Source: Basidiobolus ranarum
Taxonomy: Eukaryota
NCBI GenBank assembly: GCA_040143965.1
Contig: JASJQH010000079.1
Coordinates: 1-32,901 of the forward strand
Length of the DNA stretch: 32,901 bases
Reading direction: 5' to 3'
Shown: positions 16,543 through 27,995 of the stretch, in pieces
Layout: each line of letters begins with the position of its first letter
Position numbering within the stretch: position 1 is the first letter of the stretch
The notes under the pieces: generated by a model
What the model saw: only the letters and a program-made list of their open reading frames with translations
Database searches by the model: none
What the model was told of the DNA's origin: nothing
Made by a program: the position numbers and the translations under genes

Positions 16543-19500
16543 TTACAAAGGTGAATGCAACCCTAGCTTAGTGTTGAATTCTAGTTTGGATCGTTTCTGG
16601 AAACGAACGAATTGTTTTCTATCATGCATCTTGACCAATTCTTGCACAGGAACCACGATTAATGGAGAGCCCAGGCCAATTAAGTAGACAAACCACGGTA
16701 AAGTAGATAATTCGATAGGACCACGGAAAAGTGATAATACACAGAAAACCACTTGAAGAATAACGCTATTTACAGTGAATGAGTATATTTTCTATATCAA
16801 GATATACTCGAAGTACTAACCAGATTATCGCACAGATCATCCAAACCACGTTTCTGTAAGGTGGGAATTTTCTTAAAGACAGTGTGCGATTCACAAAAGT
16901 GGATGAGATCCACACTAGATGATTAGGGTGCATCTTTGGGTTAGTTACTACAATAAAGATGTAAGGCGAAGATTGAACTTTACCTATATTCCACACAAAA
17001 ACAAATAAGGCGTAATTTTGAGCGTACAGTACTTCCCATTGCTGGGAGTCAGATAGGTGAGACCAGGCAGTATGGCCAACGAAGTTGAAAGCAGAGCTTG
17101 ATCTATCTCCAAAATAATACAGAGATCTAATAGAAAAAGATTAGTCTTAAAACAAGCCTCATATTTCTTCAGGTCTCCACCTACAAGATGTATACTAAAA
17201 CGGTCAATATAACCGTCAATAAAAACCGGGAGAAGGCGTAAAAGAAAAATCGCCAGTAGTCTTTCAAATGGTCTATGTTTTTTCCTGACGAATAGAATCA
17301 CGATATATACAGTTAGAACAGGTAGACGAAAGAAACTTTGATAACGTATGGCATCAGATAAGTAATTTACCAGTCATGGTTGTCATAGTGTTCGTTTCAT
17401 GAGGCGAAAATAACAATGAGATCGCAAGAATAGGGCAAATGATCCATAGAGTCCATAAAATCTGATAACCGGTGAACAACAAAGGTTGCAGGAAACAATA
17501 AGATAAGAGTAACGATAGAGATATGGCAAAATAGGCAGCGACTGAAAAAGATAATCCCTATATCGCGAAACGAAATCAGAAAATAGTTTTGAAAGGAAAC
17601 CGGTTGGGTAACGAAACAAACCTGGCGTATTCCGTTTAATAAGCGACGGGCTTCTCGAATTACTTGTGCTAGAGCATATAAACTCGTATCATGCTGCAGA
17701 AATAAGGCACAAGGAATGCTGGTGAGTGAAGCACCGATAGAAAACGGTGATTGAGTTTGCTTGGTCTCTGAAGATCGTAAACGGGACTGAAATCGGGTAT
17801 GCATTGGTTCGATAGCGACACTGATATCAGCCTTGGAGATTATAATGACATTCAATATTAGAATGACTCGATTCATATGTGGGTGTTTTGACTGAAGAAA
17901 ATACTTACACTTGCAAATGCTCCAGTGTTGCTAGAGTTCAGCGCACTACCAACGCAGCATACGACCTCTCCGTACTCTTGGAAAATTTTAATCATTTCCC
18001 TGACAGCATCCGAATTACACTCCGCGAAAAGAGATACATGTAGGGGAATATCATCTACATTTTCTAGATGTGGGCGAATATTCTCTATACCTCGTGGGAG
18101 TCGAGCTTTAATATCATGAGATTCCAAGTATCCTGAACCGGCACCTTCGTCATCGTCATGTGAAGACAATAAGATACAAGAGTTCCAATCAGTTTCTAGT
18201 CCCAATCTTTCAGCAAATGCTACGAGAATAATGCTATATTAATGGCAGTTATGTAAGTTTGAAATTACTAAGAGAGTGTCTACCTTTACTCTCTCTTTCA
18301 GCTGAGGAAGAGAAATATACGAATCGTATTCCAGCTAATCCAAAGTCATCGATGGAGTTGCAAACATCCTTGAACGAATGGTAAAAAGTTAGTTACTTAA
18401 ACGCAACTCTTTTCAAAATACTAAATTCAAGCTTACTGCTTTTGGTTGGTGGCACAGAGTGGCCATCCCTAAAAAGATCTGGCCTTTAACAACTTCTTTA
18501 AAGAAAAGTGCCTCTTCCTCCTTGCTAACTTGTCCATTGAATTGAAATCCATCCTCATTGTCGATTGATGCAGATACTTTACGAGCACGTCTCTTCCAGT
18601 GTTTAGAATCTTCGATTTGATAAGGGACGAGTGAATCAGAAGGCTCTGAAAGCTCTTTGGACCAAGGGATATCCATGTATACAAAATCTGAGTCGGCCCT
18701 GCCTTTAAGGAACGGAATTTTCCCATCGTTATCAATGTTAATTGGTCGATAGGAAAAACCGACACATTGCATATCATTGACCACAGACTTCTCGTAAAAA
18801 TCAATGATTTTGTCTACCATCTGATAATTACAAAGGGAGTTGTAAGAATGATTACAGCATAGAGATATAATCTATAAAATAAATATTTACTCCATCATCT
18901 AGAGCATTAAGCTGCTCTCCATTCCAATAATCTGAGCAAAAATCTATGATAAGTTCGACATTACCATCGGATAGAAGCTGGTAGCTTCCTGATTAGCAAA
19001 GTATAAAGGGTGAATTAATAAACGTGGGTTATCTTCGATCTCTTTGGATGAATTACCTGAATTTAACTCTTCATATATAGTTGATAAAATGTTTGGAACC
19101 TCATACTGATGGTGTCGAAGTGAATGTAATACAGAGAGATAATAAGGAGAAAATGTGCCGATATCTTTCTTTTTGGAAAAGGTTGCTAAAGCATTGTCGG
19201 AGAACCCAATTTCTTTTCCTAATCGACATAGACACGCTATGAAATATATATGAATATAAGATTTGAAAATGCCATAGTGTAAAAGACTAACATTGTCGTG
19301 AAGGAAGTAGCCGCGCGTGATCATGAATGGATGAAAATTTTCGATGATGATCTGCTCGACGACGTCCTTGACGTACTCCACAATCGGTGTTGAGCAGTAG
19401 ATTTAAACCTAATGGTTTAAGTGACCTAAGAATCCCGAGTAAGAAAATAGTAGCTGTATATTGGTACACTTCATACTTACGGAAGGTATTTTTGCCAATC

Positions 19501-21187
19501 TCTATCTTCAAACTGTATTCCGTTTGAATTGAAGGAATTCTCTGTCAAGTCTAAAGCTGTCAACTCGTCATCATCAGTTGGAAAAAGTATTTGTTCCACT
19601 GAAGGGTAAGGCTATATATTTTCATAATAGAGTACGTGAAATGTCAGACACATTTATATTCTAGCGTAAGGAAACTTTTTTACGAACCGAAGCTATTGTG
19701 CCTTCTTTATCGATTGAGCAGATTACGGTTGTCGATCCTAAGGATTCCAAAAGGTTTGTTGAACGAGTGAGCGACATACGATCCCATTTGGTAAGCAGAG
19801 ACCAAAATCTATTCCATACAGCAGCTGTCGTAAACAAGTATAAGAAAAAGAACACAAAAACATACTAAAAGTCAAGATAGCTTACTGCGACTCAATTCAA
19901 CATCTTTAGTGGGTGGTGGAGCTTCGGCATCAAACTCATCTTCTTCATCCTCAAACTCTGTCTTTGATATCTGTAATGCTTCGAACAATGTCAAAATCTT
20001 AGCATTACCATATGAACGAGCTAAGACCCATAAAGTAGGAAATGACAAAGGGAGGAAAGGGAGCACAACGTATACTTGAAGAAGAACAATTGTTTCAAAT
20101 CCGTCTTCGGCTTGGTGTTCGTGAATAACATCCTGGAAAACGTAACGCGCGATATTTACTATCATAGAAGCGGCTAGGATTACCCATAGCAATCGTTTTA
20201 GGAGTTTCTGAACAAGAACATTAATTTGATTGTGAATGATAGTATTCGGCCGAGTTTCCACGAAAGCTGGTGGAAGATTAAACGATATAGGGGTTTCTTG
20301 AAGGATGAACCAAAACCTGCCTTGGCACTGTATATTCTTTTTTGAAATTGGAACTTGAGGAGGTATCCCAAATAACGTGGGTTTGAACACTTGATTTCTT
20401 TCCAAAGAATACTCAAGTAGAGATTCGGACGTCTCTAAATCAGCTTGATATACGTGAACCATTTTACAGGGGGCAATATCTCCGTATCTCATTTCCACAA
20501 TGTCACCTTTAACCAACAGATTATCGGGTAAAATTTTGTGCACACAGTCTCGGATTACTTTTACTGAAGAAACTGAAGGTATCCCTGGTATTCTCAACAT
20601 CTTAACACAAAATAGTTTAGAAAAATTCATAATGAAATAAAGCATATAAATATAACTACCGGTTGAGCCAGATTCGTTCCAATTATCTCAACTTCTTCAT
20701 ATATAGCTTGAGCTCGATCACGAACTTCAGTAATAGTCAGGTATTTCTCACGTTGGTATAGATACCCATTCCACAAATATAATGCGATAACAAGAATTCC
20801 CTCAACTAACACACCAGTAACTCGCCACTGATATGGAGAGGTAATTAGGCTTGCATAGATATAAAATGCAATCAGGAGAAGTGCACATAAAAGAGTAAAG
20901 AGTGAGAGAGGTTTCGTCGCATATTCTATAAGGTCTAATAAAGATATAGTAAGTATCGGCCACAATGCATGTATATATAAATATATGTATGTATTTACAA
21001 GCTTTCCGTTCCAGAGTCTTTGAATAAGTTCCAATCAATTCGCTTATGGTATCTAGTAGTATCCTACGAGAATAAAAGTTAGTTTTTAATTCTTCATTAA
21101 GATTTCTTTTACATACTTGTTTGCTTGAGTACTAGTTAAGGATCTCTTTTCAGTAAGAACCTCTTCAGTGTGTCGTGAATTGGCCAT
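16543..21187 (-). CDS. TMEM94: TMEM94 (KIAA0195/ERMA) homolog, degenerate P-type ATPase-like membrane protein, about 18 exons
   Basis: Spliced product starts MANSRHTEEVLTEKRSLTSTQANK. It contains LLVKGDIVEMRYGDIAPC, LESLGSTTVICSIDKEGT, SLKPLGLNLLLN, CLCRLGKEIGFS, QIFLGMAT, GIRFVYFS..ESKAFAERLGLETDWNSCI, ARLPRGIENIRPHLENVDDIPLHVSLF, MIKIFQEYGEVVCCVGS, and ends KLEFNTKLGLHSPL*. These are TMEM94 signature segments. GT-AG introns keep frame at the junctions traced. Confidence 0.92.
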
Positions 21188-22200
21188 GATTTTCGAAACA
21201 ATTGGTTGAAAGTTATCTTCTTGAAAATAATTCTCTTTACGAGTTTCTGAACCAAAATCTACAATGCATGTTGTCTCTACGCAGTGTGTTTTCGAAAGAT
21301 CTTCGTCGAGAAGTGCGTTGCAATCTTCAGCATCATTGTGGAAGTTGTCGCTCCTTGAAGACTAAACAATTACAAAGTTTAGAATTGGAAACGTTCAACT
21401 GTATATATATATCCTTCCTACATATTGATTACTAGCCTCGACCTTTGAAGTATCAGATGGATTATGAATCGGGTTCATAGTAAACGCTTCCAAAAGGATA
21501 CAACCTCTTCAAAGCTACTAAATTTAAAGAAAAAATATTTTTGGAATGTTCAGGTGAATGTCAAAAACGAAAACGCAGCTCTGTAAAAGCTTAAGTTTGG
21601 GAGTCAGCCACACTGAATAATTAACAATCAGCTAATAAAATATAAATATAACAAATAAAATTGATACAAATAATAACAAAATGGTATTTTGTTTAAAGAA
21701 AAAGAGAATACAAATAAGAGCTAATTAATGAGTTTGACACTTTCACGATTTATTATTAAATAAATTGAGTCTAGTGCGCATTTATCCATTGACTCATTTC
21801 TGTAGACATCTTGACTTCAACTTTAACCCCAAGATGTTCATACGATTAGTTCATAATTGAACTAAACAAACCCCACAGTCAACCAATCACATCTAGAGTC
21901 AGTCTAAGAAAAGTTGCATATTTGGCTCGCTATTGCTACAGTCACAACCGCAGAGACAGCATATTGTGTTTGTTACAGATCAAGGGGAATGGGAATAGTG
22001 GAGTTTGCATATTCACTGCTTAATTATCGTAATTTGAATTATGCATCGATTATGGTGAGCAGACAGAAAACACGTGAACTATTTAGTCGCGAAATATTGA
22101 CCTTCAAAAAAATAATCCCAATTTTAGGACAATTCTCATCACTAAATCTCAAACTGACTATTAGAGAGCTTGCTCTTTTAACGGTTGAGATAAGGATAAT

Positions 22201-23448
22201 ATGGACAACAACTTAGATCTATCACAAAATGAGTTTCAAGATCTACATTCTTCGAATGTAGGTCATTCTACTTCTCAAGACATTTTATCCCAGTTAGATT
22301 TCCACTCTTCGCTTGTGAGTACAGTTCAATCTCAAACGATCCCTGACAAGACTCAGTATCCCATTTCAGATATTCATAATGTCACACCGGTTAAAATCCC
22401 AATCCTACCGTCAGCTATTCAAACTCCCCATTCTTCAAAATTTACCATTACTACAAATACTCAACTGAATTCCGCTTCGACCCCGCAATCCCAACCTCAA
22501 ACACCTAACAGTAACCCTAATGGAACTGTCAAAACTACACGTAAATACAACAAGACAGGAAAATATTCGAAAAAGAGGATTTTGCAACAGCAGCAGCATC
22601 TTCAGCAACAACAACAGTCCATATATAACGTTCAAACTACCCCAAGCAAACCAGTAGTTCCTTTACCTAGTGTATCTAATAAACCCACAACAACAGAAAA
22701 ACTCCCAGAACAACTTTCACATCATGAATATCTTAAAGCAAGGTTAGAAAGTCAGTTTCTATTTGCCTAGACAAGTTATTTTTCACCTAACGAACTTGTG
22801 CTTGATAGATTTAATGAAGTAATTGCCTCCGATCAGCACGCTACCAACCAACCTAATTATACCACTCCTTTTGCTTCTTTAGAAGATGCAGTTACTCGAC
22901 TATTGCCCTACCACATATATCAGTATCCCGACTCTGATCTTTCAAACAACGATAAGATGAGCAAAACAGAAGGTGCATAGGTTGCTCTTAAGCACCTGCA
23001 TATATATAGTATATTGTATTGCTAAAATACTCATCAATTTGAATTCAATAGCAGGGGCCATAGCTATCCAACTTGTATCGAAGAAAAACAGACTATATAA
23101 GAGACTGAATGACTTTATTGAAAACGACTCCAAGGTATGAGGCATTTCTTTTCGGATAAGACCAATCTCCAATATCATCTACTTACTGCGACTTTCATGA
23201 AATATTAGCAAAAATGTTTCAAGGCACATAAAGTTTTAACGGAAAAATTGATTGTTGAGGAAGAAAGAAATGTAGTAACATTGATGCAATCAGAGTTCCA
23301 TCAACTTAGAGATGCTCACCTGCATTGGTTAACTGGACATCGATCTCTACTTGTCTCAGAAATGGCCAACGAGGATCCTACAATGTCTAACTCCACTGTA
23401 CTGGAGTTAACCAACGACGATCAGAATTCAGAATTCACTTTACAATGA
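22201..23448 (+). CDS. GLTSCR1/BICRA-domain protein (ncBAF/GBAF subunit-like), exons 22201-22742, 22809-22972, 23052(or 23055)-23134, 23209-23448; possible upstream ATG micro-exon at 22052-22054
   Basis: Contains PNYTTPFASLEDAVTRLLPYHIYQYP, the conserved GLTSCR1 domain core, followed by a helical segment (EKLIVEEER). The N-terminus is low-complexity (S/T/Q/P) with a basic RKYNKTGKYSKKR patch and a poly-Q tract. Confidence 0.8.
22585..22617 (+). repeat. CAG/CAA polyglutamine tract (QQQQHLQQQQQ) inside the GLTSCR1-domain gene
   Basis: caacagcagcagcatcttcagcaacaacaacag. Confidence 0.7.
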
Positions 23449-23922
23449 AAAGAAGCAAGATACCTGCCGGATTTTATGGTTTTACTGGTGGTTAGGATGA
23501 AAGCGCTAAGTAACTATTATCTGTTCATGTGCGTAGTTTGGTGTCACCTTTTTGTGTATTTTATATTTTCTCTTCGAAGCCCGCTAGCCATTTACTGGTT
23601 GCATTTTGATCGCTACTTTTCTCTTTTAGAACTGCTCACTCTTCGTACTTCGTTGGTATCAAATTGAAAGCCAGTATGAGACACGTTGAGTTATTTATTA
23701 GTAAAATATCTTTGTCATGTAACACGCAAGTTGTGCTATTAATTTATTTTCTTTTCAAATGATTTGTATTGTTGTTAAATATATGAACACCGCTCGAAGG
23801 TATATACCAATCGAATCAAAATAAAGAACTCATCCAAGAAAGTATCTCTTGAATTCTTCAAATATAAAGAGATGTATATCAAATATTTTGGGTTGTCGGG
23901 AGACTTGGCGGTTACCGTTACC

Positions 23923-24880
23923 CTACCCTTCTTTAGGTGCATCTCCTCCTCCCACCAACAATACTAGCACGACTGGAACAATAATGTACCAGTACTTCAT
24001 GAAGAAATTGGTGTTCTCTGCAGTTTCTTTTTGCTTCAACTCTTCTTGATTAATACGCTGAAGTTTAGGTCTGAATGAGTGGTAAAATAATGAAAAGTTA
24101 GAGTATTAGGTAGTGGTAGTAGTATGATGTCTACATACCTTAATTCATAGTAAGGTTTTGCAAGTTCAACACTGGTATTGAAAATCACATCTGAACCCTA
24201 TTATATATTCAGGGTTAAAACAAAGATTAAAATCCATCAATATAAAATAGAAACATACAAGATTGCTTTGTTGGCAGTCATGAGCTCCAGGATGATAATC
24301 AGCATGAAAGAAATTTTCTTAATGCAGGAAAATTATATGAATTAGTTTCGTGAAGTGTAAACATATAGAAATGGTTTGAAAATCTATTACCTTCTTTATC
24401 AAAATGAAGAGTGAACTTGTCGCTAAACTGAGAGGCTTCAAGCATGCACTAAATGATGCAAGATTAGTATAGACCGAGGATCTATCGATTATTCTTAAAT
24501 TTACCCATTTGACGGAGGAGAAAGTTACAGCTTCTACTTCATTTTCTCTTAAACTCCCCACTTTTACGGTATATAAACTATTGTCGGAATGTTTGAGTTG
24601 AGGGGAATTTTCATCTGTAATATATTTAGCGGTTTTAGGTTTCAAAGTGTACACGATCTCTCCACGCTTAATATATTCTTCTTGGCTTTCAATTTTGTGC
24701 CAAACTCCAATCCTTTGTTCCTGAAAAAGAAACACAGAGAATCAATGTCAGCATTTTATGATATATTACAAGAAAGAAAATCAGGGTATTTATTATAGAA
24801 AAAAATACCTGTGTATCTTCACCGTTAATGGCTAGACTGACACATAGGAAGGTCAAAAGTAAAGTGAAGGTGATTTTCAT
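23923..24880 (-). CDS. EMC10: ER membrane protein complex subunit 10, 6 exons
   Basis: Signal peptide MKITFTLLLTFLCVSLAING, YIKRGEI, FSSVKW|CMLEASQFSDKFTLHFDKE, FNTSVEL, and C-terminal NFFMKYWYIIVPVVLVLLVGGG (the EMC10 FFxKYW + TM signature). Stop TAG at 23925-23923. Confidence 0.85.
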
Positions 24881-25800
24881 TTTTCCAAAGAGACTTAAAC
24901 AGCACTTTTTCGTACAGTTGTAAATACCCGCGTACTCATACTCGCAATGATCCCATTGATGACTCCTCGAGAATATCAAGATTTTCAGATTTTTGACAGA
25001 TCAATCAAATAATAATTTAAATTAATTGAATTATATTTTACTTTGATCATTTTGTCAGTTGATCATAATCGCACTCAAACTTCAAGGTGATTAGAGTTCG
25101 ACAATTTAAACCAATATGGTATCTAATGTAACTTCGCTGTGCTGGCAAGGGGTACAATAGTAGTTAGAAAGCGCTTTTTAACGGTTTAATGAGCTTGGCA
25201 TGGAAATAAACAAACAATGGCTCAAGAAAAACATTGGCTATATTCAACAATGTTATCAAGTAAGGAAAGCACTATAAAACCTCCAAAAGCCTTATATGTG
25301 AGTACTTGGGTTATATTGAATATGATACGCACGGAAGTGTTTTGCCTCCGTATAAGTAATAACATATGCTACAAAACAAAACTGGCGTGGATCTTAAATG
25401 AGCATTTCAGGGTGTCTCTTCATGACCGAAATTACCATATATACATTTAGATTTGCCATATTGAGTGTCCAAATACAGAGCCTTTACTACCAACAAGCTC
25501 TAGGTTTCTTGGAGATTAGCTTTAAAAAGCACTCGCCACGCAACACTGGTCCTTGACCATTATTGGTGATCATTACCCGCATAAGGCACCTATTTGTATT
25601 TCTAAGTGGCAAGTTTTCTATTTTTAATGGGAGGATTAGTGTAATTTTCTATATATATATACTACTGCCAATGACGTAAAGATATGATTTTCTCGAACGC
25701 TGGTAAATCAATGACCCAACCAGTTGTGATGGTTAATCCATTTTGAGTAAGGTAATAATCGCAGTAGTTGGCTTTAATGAATAATTCTTTGGGGGAATTA

Positions 25801-25836
25801 TGAAAGCTAGAACGAAAACTAGAATGAAAGCTAGAT
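25801..25836. repeat. Imperfect 12-bp tandem repeat x3
   Basis: tgaaagctagaa / cgaaaactagaa / tgaaagctagat. Confidence 0.6.
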
Positions 25837-26179
25837 GAGCAAAGTTGATTGTACTAGCACAACTTTGGTTAGTGAACAAAACAGTTGAATATACCTTGTA
25901 CGACATCATCCTGGCTGAGTTTGAAGCTATCAACCAGCAATCAGTTATGGGAAGCAACTATCTATATTCAACTGACTGTTTTGATCTGTGTACTAAATAG
26001 ATTATTCAATGAACACGAAAAGCACCATTGTTCATGTATTGAGAAGGAAAGAGTATTCCACTATACTCAATTGCTCTAGAACTCAAAAGTCATCGAATTC
26101 CTTCAACCACTCCAAATTAAACCAAATGAACTTTTTTTCCACTGTATTTCGATCAACCACGCTAGGATAAGACTCCACT

Positions 26180-26388
26180 CTCGGAAGAAAAAAAACATAG
26201 CCGTTCATTTGTTTAATCCGAGTAATCGAGTTACCCGAACAGATAACTTATCATAATCATACATGACAAAATAGGAATTCTCGGATTTTAATATTCCAGA
26301 CTAATCTCGGAGAACCCATCCACTCGCCAAAACCACTTGCGAAAACTTCCGGTAGCCGTATCTCTATATCCAGGGGGTTTTTTCCGAG
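26180..26388. promoter_or_regulatory. Cluster of five CTCGGA/TCCGAG hexamers; putative Zn2Cys6-type transcription factor sites
   Basis: CTCGGA at 26180, 26280 and 26306; TCCGAG at 26217 and 26383. Confidence 0.4.
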
Positions 26389-26584
26389 CAGATTGGTGTT
26401 TGATTATGCATTCACAATGAACAGATATAATTACGAGAAGTTGTGGTGAAGTCTGTGTTTTTAATTATTAACGACAATATAATGATAATTACAAATATTA
26501 GACTAGAGAGTTACTAAAGTTGCAATATTAAAACTAGCTCTGGATCTTTATGTACAACGAATTAATACTAATTCTAACCTAACC

Positions 26585-27703
26585 CTAATCTTTCGTAATC
26601 TTGGCTTCCAGGGATTGGAACCAAGGGTCTTGCATTACTTCTTCAATAGTAGCTCGCCTATTAGGATCAATGGTCAGCATCCGTTTAATAAGCGGAATTG
26701 CTTCTGGAGGACATTGTTTAAATAACGAAAGTGAGTCCCAAGAGCTCATAAAAAGAGCGAAATTTTTGTCATCAACTGTTGCTTTCTCCCATGGGAAGAT
26801 CCGTGTCAACATGCCAATGTAGAGAACTCCTAAAGCCCATATGTCATCCTTGGATGGATCGTAACTCTCGGTAGTCCATACTTCTGGAGCAATAAAAGTG
26901 CTAGAACCGATCACACCACTAGCAAGGACATGCTCACTACTGAAGGGACTACGGAAGTTGGTGGCGAATCCAAAATCAATGATTTTCAAATGGCCATCTT
27001 CTCCAATACACAGATTTTCAAGTTTAAGATCACGATGAGCTACTCCACGAGAATGTAGATGAGCAAGACCGCGTACTAGCTCTACGAAGTACCGGTTAAC
27101 CTCATCTGTGGTAGGGTTTGATTCCTCGAATACTGTAAATAGATCGCGTGGGCAGTACTCCATGACCTGATAAATTCTCCCATATTCCTCCAAGACATCC
27201 ACCGTACGAATGATGTTCTCATGGTGTAAAGATGCGGCGATGTAGATCTCATTACTAATACTCATGCAATATTCTCTTGGGGTTTCATAAGGGTAACGAC
27301 AACGGAATGCTTTGACCGCATACTTTTTGCCGGTTATTGGTGAAGAAGTTGGATAAACTTCTCCTCCAGAGCCCAGGCAACATGGCTTGGTAAATTCACC
27401 GTAAAGCTCTTTCAATGATTGGTGATCCTTGCGTTTTTTCAAAGCGGCAAAAAGAGGCAGGTCACAAAGAGAAGGTTGACCCTTGACCTGAGCCCAACGA
27501 GATTTCTTCTGTGGTGATGAGCAAAGCGCTTTGAAAATAAACCGAGATGGAATGGGAGAACCCAGTGATATTTCCGAAGAACTACTTGATGATGAGCATA
27601 GTTCTGGCACAGGTTCATGAGAAGGATCATAAATATCTACTTTGTGGAATGGGATGGGCACCCCTTTGCTAGGATCCGTTGGTTGAGAATGTACAAGAAC
27701 CAT
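26585..27703 (-). CDS. Ser/Thr protein kinase, HAL/NPR (Sat4/Hrk1-like) family, intronless, 372 aa
   Basis: YAVKAFR, ISNEIYIAASLHHENIIRTVD, VMEYCPRDLF, GVAHRDLKLENL, LKIIDFG, FIAPEV, DIWALG, FPWEKA, DPNRRATIEEV. The YAVKxFR..E..I..SLHHxNII and FPW pattern is typical of fungal HAL-family kinases. Confidence 0.9.
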   Translation of the reverse strand: MVLVHSQPTDPSKGVPIPFHKVDIYDPSHEPVPELCSSSSSSSEISLGSPIPSRFIFKALCSSPQKKSRWAQVKGQPSLCDLPLFAALKKRKDHQSLKELYGEFTKPCCLGSGGEVYPTSSPITGKKYAVKAFRCRYPYETPREYCMSISNEIYIAASLHHENIIRTVDVLEEYGRIYQVMEYCPRDLFTVFEESNPTTDEVNRYFVELVRGLAHLHSRGVAHRDLKLENLCIGEDGHLKIIDFGFATNFRSPFSSEHVLASGVIGSSTFIAPEVWTTESYDPSKDDIWALGVLYIGMLTRIFPWEKATVDDKNFALFMSSWDSLSLFKQCPPEAIPLIKRMLTIDPNRRATIEEVMQDPWFQSLEAKITKD

Positions 27704-27735
27704 TTTGATGATGTTAGAGCAGATGGTATCTTGCC

Positions 27736-27743
27736 TTTATATA
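27736..27743 (-). promoter_or_regulatory. TATA box (TATATAAA) upstream of the kinase
   Basis: Minus-strand cagTATATAAAggc lies ~33 nt upstream of the kinase ATG at 27703. Confidence 0.5.
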
Positions 27744-27950
27744 CTGTACCGGGAATCTTTTTTACTCGAGCGCCCTACGCGATTAGCTAAGGTGCGATAA
27801 TCCGAAAAATTCCGTCTATTGACTCGAAAACGAATACCCTGCATTTATCTACTTTTATCTTGCTTGATCCAAATGTCCCAAATGGTTGTTTCGAGATTTC
27901 TTGCTGTAATACCAAAATAGGGAATCATTTGTGCTGATAGGATGGTGAAT

Positions 27951-27995
27951 GAATCAGTTACGAATAAATCATTTACAAATAGATCAGTTACGAAT
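27951..27995. repeat. Imperfect 15-bp tandem repeat x3 in the kinase/CutA divergent intergenic region
   Basis: gaatcagttacgaat / aaatcatttacaaat / agatcagttacgaat. Confidence 0.7.

Noticed and set aside
23830-23925. Possible stop-codon readthrough of EMC10 (EG*GNGNRQVSRQPK...)
   Set aside because: The TAG falls where EMC10 proteins normally end, and the TAG-GGT context is not a known readthrough motif.
25322-25356. ATGA...AA hairpin resembling a SECIS element
   Set aside because: Lacks the 3' GA of the non-Watson-Crick quartet, and no gene here has an in-frame TGA at a Cys position.
25801-27995. Short tandem repeats considered as CRISPR-like arrays or transposon ends
   Set aside because: No spacers, only three short units each, no cas or transposase genes, and a eukaryotic context.
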